NCBI GenBank assembly: GCA_964016885.1
Contig: OZ024741.1
Location: 101,556,001 to 101,620,000, forward strand
DNA: 64,000 nucleotides
Source of the DNA: Eledone cirrhosa
Lineage: Eukaryota
Direction: 5' to 3'
Part shown: positions 1 to 14,683 of the stretch, one piece after another
How positions within the stretch are numbered: the first letter of the stretch is position 1
Layout: the number at the start of each line of letters is the position of its first letter
Position numbers and translations under genes: made by a program
The notes under the pieces: generated by a model
The model's database searches: none
The model's input: only the letters and a program-made list of their open reading frames with translations
Told to the model about the DNA's origin: nothing

Positions 1-107
1 GTTGTTGTTGTTTACAGTGACGGGGGGGGGAGGAGCTAAAAACAACAACATTATCTCTGTTGTTAGTAATATAGTTGTTTCTGCTTTGGGCACAGGGCCA
101 GCGGTTT

Positions 108-258
108 TCCAGTGCATTGCTGGTGCTTTGTTTTGTCGACCCCGTGGGGATGGGGGGCAAAGTCGGCCTCGGCGGGATTTGGGCTCAGATCGTGGAGGGA
201 CGTAACTATGCTGGAAAGCATGGCGTCCGACCCTCTGCCGATACTGCCAATCCACCGC
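108..258 (-). mobile_element. Degenerate tRNA-derived SINE (octopus-type); more fragments at ~1010-1110, 1140-1195, 1380-1500
   Basis: The minus strand has a tRNA-like head (TGGCAGTATCGG A-box-like; GAGCCCAAATCC, decayed B box) followed by GCCGAGGCCGACTTTGCC..CATCCCCACGGGGTCGAC..AGCACCAG..GCACTGG. The same motif recurs near 1037-1095. Resemblance to cephalopod SINEs is from memory. Confidence 0.6.
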
Positions 259-349
259 GTTAGTAATATAATTATAATTATTTCTACCAGGCAGAAGGCC
301 AAATATAGTTTACGATGTGGAGACGATAGGGGGAAGGGGGGGACTCAGT

Positions 350-358
350 CTAGTACTG

Positions 359-393
<35 letters not shown>

Positions 394-620
394 ATTGCTA
401 GCTGCTATTGCAGCTGTAGTTGCTGCTGCTATTGCTACAACTACTATTGCAACTATAGTTACTACAACAACTGCTGCTGCTACTACTATTGCAACTATAG
501 TTGCTACTACTATTGCTGCAACTGCTATTGCAGCTATAATTGCTGCAACAGCTACTACTGCTGCTGCTATTACTAACTACTATTGCAACTATAATTGCGA
601 CAACTACTGCTACCACCACC
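350..620. repeat. Trinucleotide low-complexity array (CTG/CTA/GCA); second CTA/CTG tract at ~951-989
   Basis: Directly visible. Confidence 0.95.
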
Positions 621-1857
621 AATATTGACGCTACGATGAAAGTCCAAATTAAACCGACCCCAATAGTAGACTGGTAGTTCATTTAATCCCACCGCTAGAA
701 GTTTAAAAGTTGATCTGGGCACGTAAAGAGATTTTGCACGAATACCACAAGACACTTTCTGTTCGAAACTCTGCCGATTCTGCCAACCCATTCTATTTTC
801 TAACATAAGCATAAGGCAGGCCGCACATTTTAGAGGGACGGGTCGGGGTATACTGTGGTTTTTAAACAAGATTCCCTCAGTATTTAACTGGTATCTGCTT
901 TTTAAAGTTTGTATTTGACCAGAAGAGCTATTTCGATAAGGATAATAATTATACTACTACTGCTACTGCTACTTCTACTACTACTACTAATGGTTTCTGA
1001 TTTGGAGACAGGGCCAGCAATGTTGATTAAATCAACCCAGTGCGTTGCTGGTACTTTGGTTTGTCGACCCGGTGGGGATGAAGGGCAAAGTTTTGAACCC
1101 AAAACGTAAAGAACCGTTGATGATTTTCTACTTAAGACACAAGACCAGTAATTTGGGGAGAGGTGAAAGTCGATTAAATCGACACCAGTGCTTTATAAAA
1201 GTACTACTACTACTAATACTAGTTAATAGGTGTAAAAGTTTGTTTGTTTTTAACTTAGAGGCACAAGACCACAAGTTCTTAAAGTTAGGATGCTCTGTTT
1301 TAGTTGGTTTTAAGTACCCCCTGACCAAGGCCACACTGTGGTGACATGAAGGGTGGGGTTGGCATATGAAACGTCTATTTATTAGTACCTGATTGGTACT
1401 TTTCTTTCCTTTATAGATCGACCCGGCGGGATCTGAACTAAGAACGTTGTGTCCATGACTAAATAAAGACAAGTATATTGTCTGACGGGCGCTCTACCAG
1501 TTATGCCCCAATATTTCTGATATATATCTTTATCACAAGGACGTTGAGTATGGACATCATACAAAAGAAAAATATAAAAAATTAAAAATAAATAACAAAA
1601 TGTGAGGGAGCGAGAGTGGGGGGTGGGTGGTATATAGAAATCTTGTAGGGGAGGGGGGCACTAAAAATAATCGATTCGAAGGATCAATTGATTAGATCAA
1701 TCCTGGAAGTATAAAAGACAAAAGTTGATTTCACCGGTATTTGAACTGAAAAACGTAACGAGACAAACAGAACAAACACTACAAGTTATTTTGTCCGACG
1801 CTCTAACGATTCTAATGATATATAATGACACAGACACAACACTTTGTAAGGGTCGAT

Positions 1858-1897
1858 TTAATATATATATATAATTAAGTTTGTATGTACATGTGTG

Positions 1898-1929
<32 letters not shown>

Positions 1930-2401
1930 GATATATGTAAATATAATTGAGTTTGTATGTGCGTGTGTGTATATATATAGACATATAAGTATACGCATGG
2001 GTATATATATATATATGTATATATATATATGTATATATATGCATGTATGTATATGTGTGTATGTATATATATGTATATGTGTGTATATGTGTATATGTGT
2101 ATATGTGTGTATATATATGTATGTATATGTATATATATGTATGTGTATATGTATATATATGTGTATGTATGTGTATGTATATATATGTGTGTATGTATAT
2201 ATGTGTGTATATATATGTGTATGTGTGTATGTATATGTGTATGTATATATATGTGTATATATATATGCATGTATATATATGCATATATGTATATGCATAT
2301 ATATATATGTGTATATATATATACACACATGTATGTATACGTGTATATATATATGTATATGTGTATGTGTGTATATGTGTGTATATATATATGTGTATGT
2401 G

Positions 2402-2439
<38 letters not shown>

Positions 2440-2472
2440 TATGTGTATGTATATATATACTTATATATATTA
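1858..2472. repeat. (AT)n/(GT)n compound microsatellite
   Basis: Directly visible. Confidence 0.97.
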
Positions 2473-3062
2473 TGTCAGGTCACCAGTTGGTGCTACTGGT
2501 AACATGTATCCCAGTACAACCTGTCTCATGGTCGGGTCGTTGGCGACTAAACTGGCAACCCCACCAAGGATTCTTGGTGAGGAGGGTGACTTTGGACATC
2601 CTGCAGGACTAAAAACAAAACCTGTCAAAGGAGCTCTTCAGAGTCAATGGCCATCCAAAATCACCGGGAGAGATGACCCCTTAGCCTTTGTCAAGGCAGA
2701 ATTCTAGGAGAAGGAAAACTCTGATATAACACCTGTAACCCTGATGGTATCCAATGATATTGACTTGTTCTTCTTTTTGGTAAATATCATCTTGGTTAAG
2801 AGAGTGGGACTGGCTTTGTGCAGTGCCTTTGCTCACTATAAAAGCTTCACGGCACAGGCATTGCTTTATATCTGGAGATCTCTCTGCACTTGTCGTCACA
2901 TGGTACCATGGGCCCAGCACTATGTGTCAATAATAGTCACAAGTGTAGTGTTTGTACCAGAGTTTTCAAGTCGCTGGCTGGACTCAAAAGTCACATTCGG
3001 TAGGGGTTCTCCTACATGGATATAAAGTAGTGGCCGTACTCGAAAACGAGTTGGCAGCCACC

Positions 3063-3290
3063 ATATATATACATATACATATATATATATACATATATAT
3101 ATACATATACATACATATATATATATATACATATACATATATACATATACATATATACATATACATATATATATATATACATATATACATATACATATAT
3201 ATATATATATATACATATAAATATATATACATATATATATATACACATATACATATATATACATATATATATACACATATATATATACAC

Positions 3291-3321
<31 letters not shown>

Positions 3322-3464
3322 CACACATATATATATATACGTATATATATATACACATATATATATACACATATATATATATATACACATATATATATAC
3401 ACACATATATATATATACATATATATATACACACATATATATATATACATATATATATACACAC

Positions 3465-3511
<47 letters not shown>

Positions 3512-3666
3512 CATATATATATACATATATATATATATACATATATATATACACACATATATATACACACATATATATACACACATATATATATACACAC
3601 ATATATATATACACACATATATATATACACACACATATATATATATACACATATATATACACACAC

Positions 3667-3697
<31 letters not shown>

Positions 3698-3949
3698 CAT
3701 ATATATATACATATACATATATATACATATATATACATATATATACATATACATATATATACATATATATACATATATATACATATATATAAATATATAT
3801 ACATATATATAAATATATATACATATATATAAATATATATATACATATACATATATATATACATATATACATACATATATATATATATACATACATATAT
3901 ATATATATACATACATATATATATATACATACATATATATATATACATA

Positions 3950-4015
<66 letters not shown>

Positions 4016-4065
4016 CATATATATATACATACATATATATATACATACATATATATATACATACA

Positions 4066-4120
<55 letters not shown>

Positions 4121-4270
4121 ACATATATATATATACATATATATATATACATATATATACATACATATATATATATACATATATATATATACATATATAT
4201 ATATACATATATATATATACATATATATATATACATATATATATATACATATATATATACATATATATAT
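3063..4270. repeat. (AT)nAC microsatellite array
   Basis: Directly visible. Confidence 0.98.
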
Positions 4271-6048
4271 CTTTTCATTGTACGACAACTACAGGAGAAG
4301 TACCTAGCTAAAAGTAAACCCCTATACTTAGCTTTCGTCGACTTGGAGAAAGCCTTCGACAGAGTCCCCCGTTCCATTATCTGGTGGTCTCTTAGAAAAC
4401 TAGGTGTTGACGAATGGCTTGTGAGAGCTATACAAGCCATGTATAAAGAAACAGTCAGTAAGGTTAGAATTAACAACGAATATAGTGAAGAGTTTAGCGT
4501 AAAAGTTGGTGTCCATCAGGGCTCTGTTCTTAGCCCCCTACTATTTATTATTACCCTTCAGGCTATAACAGAGGAGTTCAAGACCGGCTGCCCATGGGAA
4601 CTCCTATACGCAGATGATCTAACGCTCATAGCTGAATCAATGACCGAACTAGAGAAGAAATTCCAAACGTGGAAGCACGGCCTAGAATCAAAAGGCCTTA
4701 AAATTAACCTGGCTAAGACTAAAGTTCTAGTTTGTAGGAAAGAAAATAAGGCGGCGGTCCCATCGGGGAAATGGCCATGCTCAGTGTGTAGGAAAGGCGT
4801 AGGTAGAAACTCCATTTTATGTCCCAAATGCAAAGTATGGGTGCATAAAAGATGTAGTGGGATCACAGGTAAGCTAACTAAGAACATAGATTTTACACGT
4901 GGCCGGTGCTCTGGTGCAATAAGTAGCAGCAAGTGCCCACAAAATACTAGCTCCTTCAACTGCGCAGAGGGTTCTATAGAAATAGTGGACAGCTTCCGTT
5001 ATCTGGGTGACAAAATCAGCAGTGGGGGAGGGTGCTCTGAAAGTACAGTAGCTAGAGTCAGAACTGGATGGAAAAAGTTCAGAGAGCTTATACCACTATT
5101 AGCCGCTAGAGGGTTCTCCCTAAAAATGAAAGGCAGGTTATACGATGCCTGCATACGAACAGCAATGCTGCATGGCAGTGAGACCTGGGCATTGTGTGCA
5201 GAGGATATACGCAGACTAGAGAGGAACGAAGCTTGCATGCTCCGCTGGATGTGTAATAGTAATATACGTGAACGGCAAAGCATAAACGAACTAAGGAAAA
5301 AATTAGAAATAAGAGGGATCAGATGTTGTTTACTCGAGAGAAGGCTACGTTGGTACGGTCACGTGATGCGCATGAAAGACGACAGCTGTATAACAAAGTG
5401 CAGGGCAATAAAGATAGACGGTAGCCACGGAGTAGGCAGACCCAGAAAAACATGGGACGAGCTGATAAATTCCGACCTCACACGCTTACACCTCTCCAAG
5501 ACAATGTCACTGGACCGAGACCTTTGGCGGTACTCAGTAATAGAGAAGACCCGCCTTACCTAAATACAAAGTAAAAATCTACTACAGTCAGTAGGCATCT
5601 CTATCAAAACACACCCCCGTCCCACCACCCTCCACCCCACCCACACCGCCCCTTTCAATGTAAAGTTATGTTGGTCCCACAACATCCAGGCCGAAACAAA
5701 TGAGATCGTGTAGGTGTCACGACAAAAAACACACAGTCCACGCTGTAAATGTGGCCGTGTAGGCAACACGGTAAAAACCTCCCAGCCCCACACTGTAAAT
5801 GTGGTTGGTGTTAGGAAGGGCATCCATCTGTAGAAAACCCGCCAGACAGTCCACGCTGTAATGTGGCCGTGTAGGCAACACGGTAAAAACCTCCCAGCCC
5901 CACACTGTAAATGTGGTTGGTGTTAGGAAGGGCATCCAACTGTAGAAAACCCGCCAGACAGTCCTATGCGAGCAAGACAACCACTCTTGCCTCAAGTGGG
6001 AAAACCCCCGTCCAAACCCATGCAAGCGTGGAACACGGATGCTAAACC

Positions 6049-6079
<31 letters not shown>
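4271..6079 (+). mobile_element. RTE-clade LINE family A, 5'-truncated, with 3' UTR and (GAT)n tail
   Basis: ORF 4343-5563 has RT motifs ([26 protein letters not shown]) and an RTE-type C-terminus ([17 protein letters not shown]). Ends in (GAT)n. Near-identical to 44835-48114. Confidence 0.93.
4343..5563 (+). pseudogene. RTE reverse transcriptase, C-terminal part
   Basis: 406-aa ORF with YADD; truncated by the microsatellite at 4270. Confidence 0.9.
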
Positions 6080-6179
6080 ATATACATATATATATATATA
6101 TATATACATACATATATATACATATACATATATATATATATACATATACATATATATATATATACATATATACATATAC

Positions 6180-6228
<49 letters not shown>

Positions 6229-6290
6229 TATACATATATATATATATACATATATATATACATATATATATATATATACATATATATATA

Positions 6291-6680
6291 CATCATCATC
6301 ATCATCATCATCGTTTAACGTCCATGTTCCACGCTTGCATGGGTTTGGACGGGAGTTTTCCCACTTGAGGCAAGAGTGGTTGTCTTGCTCGCATAGGACT
6401 GTCTGGCAGGTTTTCTACAGCTGGATGCCCTTCCTAACACCAACCATATTTACAGTGTGGGACTGGGAGGTTTTTACCGTGTTGCCTACACGGCCACATT
6501 TCAGCGTGGACTGTGTGTTTTTTGTCGTGACACCTACACGATCTCATTTGTTTCGGCCTGGATGTTGTGGCACCAACATAACTTTACATTGAAAGGGGCC
6601 GTGTGGATGAGGTGGGGGTGGTGGGACGGGGTGTATTTTGTTAGAGATGCCTACTGACTGTAGTAGATTTTACTTTGCAT
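6291..6680 (-). mobile_element. RTE family A 3' UTR and tail only, inverted relative to 4271-6079
   Basis: (CAT)n followed by the reverse complement of the family A 3' UTR. Confidence 0.9.
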
Positions 6681-6686
6681 ATATAC

Positions 6687-6743
<57 letters not shown>

Positions 6744-6839
6744 CATACATATATATATATATATACATACATATATATATATATATACATACATATATAT
6801 ATATATATACATACATATATATATATATATACATACATA

Positions 6840-6939
<100 letters not shown>

Positions 6940-6944
6940 CATAC

Positions 6945-7067
<123 letters not shown>

Positions 7068-7129
7068 CACATATATATATATATATATATATATGTACAT
7101 ATATATATATATATACATATGTGGATGTA

Positions 7130-7806
7130 TTTCTACATGGGTGTGTGATTGATGGTGTGTGCCTATATATTCCTACATATGCCCGTGTGTGTATGTACGT
7201 ATATACGCACATATGTGTGTGTTGAACAAAGGACTAATTTTGGGATGGACGTAGAAAAATTCTTCAGGAAAAAAAGAAAAAAATAATTATTCACAAACTT
7301 GACAGGTGCGATTTGCCTGTGACCATTCTCAACACAAAAGCAATACTAAAAGTTTTTTCCCCTGAATAAAGGAATTTTTCGAGAATGACCGGGGCAGGCC
7401 GCACTTGCTACATTTCTCCCCACCCAACCCTACTCACCGTCTCAACTCATTACTGCTATTAACACTTTTTCAACACACCTACACCCATGCACTTATTAAA
7501 GGGGGAGAAAAGAAACCCCCACCACACCACAGACATGTTAAATCCCTATATATAGAACAACACACCACATACACATCAGTTTGACAAGCGCACCTCAGCG
7601 TGAAAGGTCGTTCTAAAAACGAAACAATACCTCCTACGTTAACCAAGAACTCCTAAGACCTAACCAACAACTTAATTCATAAAATAATTTTTTCTAAGAA
7701 AAAATTTTTTTCTAATCCGGAAAAATATTCCTTTTGGATTTTGTGAAGAAAATAAATTTGTTGAAAGCACAAGTGAAGCGATTTTTTCTTCCTCCTTGTC
7801 TTAATA
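7130..7806. repeat. Dispersed non-coding repeat ~680 bp, copy 1 (copy 2 at 26570-27262)
   Basis: Highly similar in direct orientation to 26570-27262; both copies are bounded by microsatellite. Confidence 0.85.
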
Positions 7807-7922
7807 TACCTAACTGTACCAACGATTACACAGATTTTCCAATATACATATATATATATACACATAAACATATATACATATATATATATATATATGTACA
7901 CATATACATATATACATATATA

Positions 7923-8826
7923 TCATCATCATCATCATCATCATTTTACGTCCACTTTTCCCTGCTTGCAAGAGTGGGACGGGTCTTATTCAGCACAGCA
8001 TCTCTCCACTCGTCACGGTCCCTCGTCATCTCCACCGTGAGCTTCAATGATCTGAGGTCTGTTCTCACCACCTCCGCCCATGTTTTTCGTGGTCTACCTC
8101 TACCACGTCTTCCTTCAACTGGCAATTTGTGGCACTTCTTCAATCATCGGTCATCCTCCATGCGCACCACATGTCCATACTACCTCAGTCTCCTCTCCCG
8201 TACACTACATTCTATCCCTCTCAGACACAGTTTCTCTCTCAACACATTTATGCTGGGTCGTTCACGCACATTTACACTGCACATCCAACGGCGCATGCTT
8301 GCCTCATTTCTCTCCAGCCGTCGCATATCCTCTGCAGTTGCTGCCCATGTCTCACTACCATGCAGCATCGCGCTCCTCACACAGGCATCATACAACCGGC
8401 CTTTCGTACGCAGGGAGAAACCCTTCTTCGTCAACAGAGGAAGCAGCTCCCTAAACTTCTTCCAACCCGTCCTTATTCTAGATACTATGGCCTCGGAACA
8501 CCCTCCTCCCATGCTAATCTGATCTCCTAGGTACTGGAAGCTATCCACCACTTCTATAGCGCCCTCTTGCATTTGAAAAATGTGTCTATCAATGCGACTT
8601 CTACTGTCTAATTTCCCAGTACATCTACTGCATACATATTTCTCCGTACCTGTTAGTTTGCCTGCTCTCCCGCTACATCTCTTGTGTACCCAGGATCTGC
8701 ATTGTGTGCATTTTATAGAATTTATGCCAGTTCCTTTTCTGCATATCGAACATGGCGATTTCCCTGACGGAATCAGGGTTTTGTCCTCTTTTCTACTCAT
8801 CAACACTTTTGTCTTAGCTAGATTCA
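7923..8826 (-). mobile_element. RTE LINE family B, 5'-truncated
   Basis: ORFs 8180-8857 and 7946-8143 (…GRGRPRKTW…[14 protein letters not shown]); (CAT)n tail on the + strand. Confidence 0.9.
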
Positions 8827-8837
8827 TATATATATAC

Positions 8838-8881
<44 letters not shown>

Positions 8882-9009
8882 ATATATACATATATATTAT
8901 ACATACATATATATACATATATATTATACGTACATATATATATACATATATATATATACACATAAACATATATACATATATATATACACATATACATATA
9001 TACATATAT

Positions 9010-9170
9010 ATCATCATCATCATCATCATTTTACGTCCGCTTTTCCCTGCTTGCAAGAGTGGGACGGGTCTTATTCAGCACAGCATCACATGTCCATACC
9101 ACCTCAGTCTCCTCTCCCGTACACTACATTCTATCCCTCTCAGACACAGTTTCTCTCTCAACACATTTAT
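9010..9170 (-). mobile_element. RTE family B 3' end with internal deletion
   Basis: (CAT)n plus B tail joined at CAGCATCACATG to sequence ~180 bp further into the element. Confidence 0.8.
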
Positions 9171-9389
9171 ACATATATATTATACATACATATATATACA
9201 TATATATTATACATACATATATATACATATATATTATACATACATATATATATATACATATATATTATACATACATATATATACATATATATATACATAT
9301 ATATTATACATACATATATATACATATACATATATATTATACATACATATATATACATATACATATATATTATACATACATATATCTAT

Positions 9390-9971
9390 CTAAGGCGGGT
9401 AAAATTCCCGAGATCCATGGACGAGTTCTCTCCAGCGGTCTCTGTCCCTCATTATCGCTGCCATATCCTGCATCTCCAACAGACCAGTGTCTGTCCTTAG
9501 GGCATCAACATATGTTAACCTTGGTCTTCCTCTTCTAGTGTATCCATGTAGGGGCTCCCACAGGAGCACTGAGTGCAACGTCAACTCTGGATGTTGCTGA
9601 GCATGTCCAGCCAACCTCAGTCTCCTCTGTGTCACTTTTCAGCTGACTTTTGGGATGCTCCCATACAGCTCTGAGTTTTTCATCCTCAGTGTATACTGAT
9701 TAATGTTCAGAGCCATCCTCAGCATTCTCGTGTAGCACCCATCCACCATCTGAGTGAGTCTCTTGGTCAGTGTCCAAGTCTCAGACGCATACAGCAGCAC
9801 AGACTCCACTACAGCAATGAAGAGGCGGATTTTCAGGTCTCTACGAAGGTCTGACTTCCACACCGATCTCAAGCTGTGACACGCCGCCCAGGCCTTGCTC
9901 TTCCTCTCAACCACATCATCTTCCGTATTCCCAATCTTTGCTCCCAAATACAGGAAGTCCTCAACCAATTC
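9390..9971 (-). mobile_element. RTE-like LINE family D, 3' fragment
   Basis: VEDFLYLG…ESVLLYASETWTL…RRLRLAGH…GRPRLTY; frameshift near 9637; divergent from families A-C. Confidence 0.85.
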
Positions 9972-10260
9972 ACATATACATATATATTATACATACATAT
10001 ATATACATATACATATATATTATACATACATATATATATATACATACATATATATATACATACATATTATACATACATATATATACATATATATATATAT
10101 ATTATACATACATATATATATATACATACATATATATATACATACATATTATACATACATATATATATATATATTATACATACATATATATACATATATA
10201 TTATACATACATATATATATATACATACATACATATATACATACATATATATATATATAC

Positions 10261-10293
<33 letters not shown>

Positions 10294-10312
10294 CATACAT
10301 ATATATATATAC

Positions 10313-10346
<34 letters not shown>

Positions 10347-11226
10347 ACATACATATATATATATACATACATATATATATACATACATATATATAAATAT
10401 ATACATATATATACATATATATAAATATATACATATATATAAATATATACATATATACACATATATATATATATATACATATATACATATATATACATAT
10501 ATATAAATATATACATATATATAAATATATACATATATATAAATATATACATATATACACATATATATATATATATACATATATACATATATATATATAT
10601 ACATATATATATATACATATATACATATATACATATATACATATATACATATATATATACATATATATATATATACACACATATATATATACATATATAT
10701 ATATATACACACATATATATATATATATACAAATATACATATATATATATACATATATATACATATATATATATATACACATATATATATATATACATAT
10801 ATACACATATATATATATACACACATATATATATATATACACATATATATATATATACACATATATATATATACACACATATATATATATATACACATAT
10901 ATATATATATACACATATATATATATATACACATATATATATATACACATATATATATATATATATACACATATATATATATATACACATATATATATAT
11001 ACACATATATATATATATATATATACATATATACACACACATATATATATACATATATACACACACATATATATATACATATATACATACATATACATAT
11101 ATACACACATATATATATACATATATACATATATACACACACATATATATATACATATACATATATACACACATATATATATACATATATACATATACAT
11201 ATATATATATATACATATATACATAT

Positions 11227-11267
<41 letters not shown>

Positions 11268-11280
11268 TACATATATATAC

Positions 11281-11375
<95 letters not shown>

Positions 11376-11392
11376 CATATATATACATATAC

Positions 11393-11423
<31 letters not shown>

Positions 11424-11435
11424 CATATATATACA

Positions 11436-11469
<34 letters not shown>

Positions 11470-11590
11470 CATATACATATATATATACATATATATATAC
11501 ACATATATATATATACATATATATACATATACATATATATACATATACATATATATATACATATATATATATATATACATATATATATAG
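9972..11590. repeat. (AT)nAC microsatellite array
   Basis: Directly visible. Confidence 0.98.
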
Positions 11591-12777
11591 AGATTTTACA
11601 TGTGGCCGGTGCTCTGGTGCAATAAGTAGCAGCAAGTGCCCACAAAATACTAGCTCCTTCAACTGCGCAGAGGGTTCTATAGAAATAGTGGACAGCTTCC
11701 GTTATCTGGGTGACAAAATCAGCAGTGGGGGAGGGTGCTCTGAAAGTACAGTAGCTAGAGTCAGAACTGGATGGAAAAAGTTCAGAGAGCTTATACCACT
11801 ATTAGCCGCTAGAGGGTTCTCCCTAAAAATGAAAGGCAGGTTATACGATGCCTGCATACGAACAGCAATGCTGCATGGCAGTGAGACCTGGGCATTGTGT
11901 GCTGAGGATATACGCAGACTAGAGAGGAACAAAGCTTGCATGCTCCGCTGGATGTGCAATAGTAATATACGTGAACGGCAAAGCATAAACGAACTAAGGA
12001 AAAAATTAGAAATAAGAGGGATCAGATGTTGTTTACTCGAGAGAAGGCTACGTTGGTACGGTCACGTGATGCGCATGAAAGACGACAGCTGTATAACAAA
12101 GTGCAGGGCAATAAAGATAGACGGTAGCCACGGAGTAGGCAGACCCAGAAAAACATGGGACGAGCTGATAAATTCCGACCTCACACGCTTACACCTCTCC
12201 AAGACAATGTCACTGGACCGAGACCTTTGGCGGTACTCAGTAATAGAGAAGACCCGCCTTACCTAAATACAAAGTAAAAACCTACTACAGTCAGTAGGCA
12301 CCTCTATCAAAACACACCCCCGTCCCACCACCTCCACCCCACCCACACCGCCCCTTTCAATGTAAAGTTATGTTGGTCCCACAACATCCAGGCCGAAACA
12401 AATGAGATCGTGTAGGTGTCACGACAAAAAACACACAGTCCACGCTGTAAATGTGGCCGTGTAGGCAACACGGTAAAAACCTCCCAGCCCCACACTGTAA
12501 ATGTGGTTGGTGTTAGGAAGGGCATCCAGCTGTAGAAAACCCGCCAGACAGTCCACGCTGTAATGTGGCCGTGTAGGCAACACGGTAAAAACCTCCCAGC
12601 CCCACACTGTAAATGTGGTTGGTGTTAGGAAGGGCATCCAACTGTAGAAAACTCGCCAGACAGTCCTATGCGAGCAAGACAACCACTCTTGCCTCAAGTG
12701 GGAAAACCCCCGTCCAAACCCATGCAAGCGTGGAACACGGACGCTAAACCTGATGATGATGATGACATGATGATGAT
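11591..12777 (+). mobile_element. RTE family A, 5'-truncated
   Basis: ORF 11688-12266 almost identical to the C-terminus of 4343-5563; same 3' UTR and (GAT)n tail. Confidence 0.92.
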
Positions 12778-12825
12778 ATACATATATATATATATATACA
12801 TATATACATATATATACATATATAC

Positions 12826-12856
<31 letters not shown>

Positions 12857-12919
12857 CATATATATACATATATATATACATATATATACATATACATATA
12901 TATATACATATATATATAC

Positions 12920-12956
<37 letters not shown>

Positions 12957-12957
12957 C

Positions 12958-12988
<31 letters not shown>

Positions 12989-13260
12989 CATATATATACA
13001 TATATATATATATACATGTACATATATATACATATATATATATATATACATGTTATAATAAGCGCCGCTAAACTGATACGTGCATATATGTATGTGTACC
13101 TGTATGCATATGTATATATATATGTATATATATATATATATGTGCATGCTACTGTACGTCTGTATACATATATGTATGTACGTATACATGCATACTTACA
13201 TTTAAGTAAGTGCCATACTAAGAGTGAGAAATGAAATTTCGTTTTCATTTTGTTTCAAAT

Positions 13261-13302
<42 letters not shown>

Positions 13303-13304
13303 CA

Positions 13305-13457
<153 letters not shown>

Positions 13458-13589
13458 GTGAGGTTTTTTTTTACAAAATGAAAAATAACCGAGGTGTCCT
13501 ACACGAGTGGAAGTATAAAGAAAAAGGGATGAAATCGAAAATGCAACTGAAGTCTTATTTTTTTTTTAAATATATATATTTATTTGGTT

Positions 13590-13627
13590 CCTTTACCGGT
13601 TTCGCAGTTCTTCTGCTTTTCAAAAGG
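13590..13627 (-). ncRNA. Minimal type-I hammerhead ribozyme, U3:A8 core variant
   Basis: CCUU UUGAAAA GCAG AAGAA CUGC GAAAC CG GUA^ AAGG; palindromic stem III ACCGGU. Confidence 0.75.
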
Positions 13628-14155
13628 TGAGTTGAGATGGAGGGTCTGTGGTTTTTCTCACATCTGGTTGGTCTCTAAATGTTACTTGTTTTATATGGAA
13701 AAACTGGCTCGAAAACCAGGTTTTTCGAGAAGTAATTTGATTGGTATGTCAATAATTATAATAAATTTCGCGCCAGTTCGCGTTACAATAGTTCTTCAAA
13801 TAAGAGGGGGGGGGGGGGTTGTCACAGGTTGTTTTTTCATATATGAGTGTTTGAATTTCTTTTTACTTGAAAAAATGAGGCTCACGAAGGCTTTTTTTTT
13901 TTTTTTTTTTTTTTTTTGGTTATAAATGAAATTTGGCTGTCACGTGAACAAGTTTTTATTACATTTTTGCGCCCTTATTTGGAAAACTATTCTGTAGTCT
14001 TTATAGTGAATGTTATGACAATGGAGAGATAGTGGTCAAGGCAAAAGGGATTGGGAGAAATGTTCTGGTTCAGTGAATATGGCCAGCTGTCAGAGTTCAG
14101 GTGTCAGAGTTCAGATTTTCTATTGAGACTGAAGATATGTGTTTATTTGTGTGCT

Positions 14156-14203
<48 letters not shown>

Positions 14204-14683
14204 TATTGGAAGATGATTCTATTAGTAGAGATGGGGGAGGGAGTTGTGTGTGTGTGTATATGGGTGTTATGTGTGTGTGTGCGAGTATGTTAGATAGAGA
14301 GAATATATATTTTTTGTGTGTGTGTGTATATATATATGTGTGTAGGAAAGTGGTTCTATTAGTAGAAATGGGGAGGGTGTTGTAGGTGTGGGGGTTTTTA
14401 TGTGTGTGTATGGGTGTTATGTGTGTGGGAGTTTGGTTAACATGTTAAGATGAAGAGAATATATATATATATATATTGTGTGTGTGTATGTGTGTGTGTA
14501 GGAAAATGATTCCTTTAGTAGGAATATTTTTGAATGAACATATTTTCCTGACTTTTTCGTGTTTGCTGTTGTATTGCCAGTGCAAACGTATGTTTAAGGT
14601 TTATTTAGTTCGGGTTTTTATTTTCTAAAGTAGGTGTTATGTGTGTGTGTGTATGTCATATTGTGGTGTTGACATAATGTATA

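Noticed and set aside
112-682. Poly-Ala/Cys/Leu/Ser ORFs
   Set aside because: Translations of trinucleotide repeats.
6050-6311. Poly-His/Asp/Met tracts
   Set aside because: (GAT)n tails of RTE elements.
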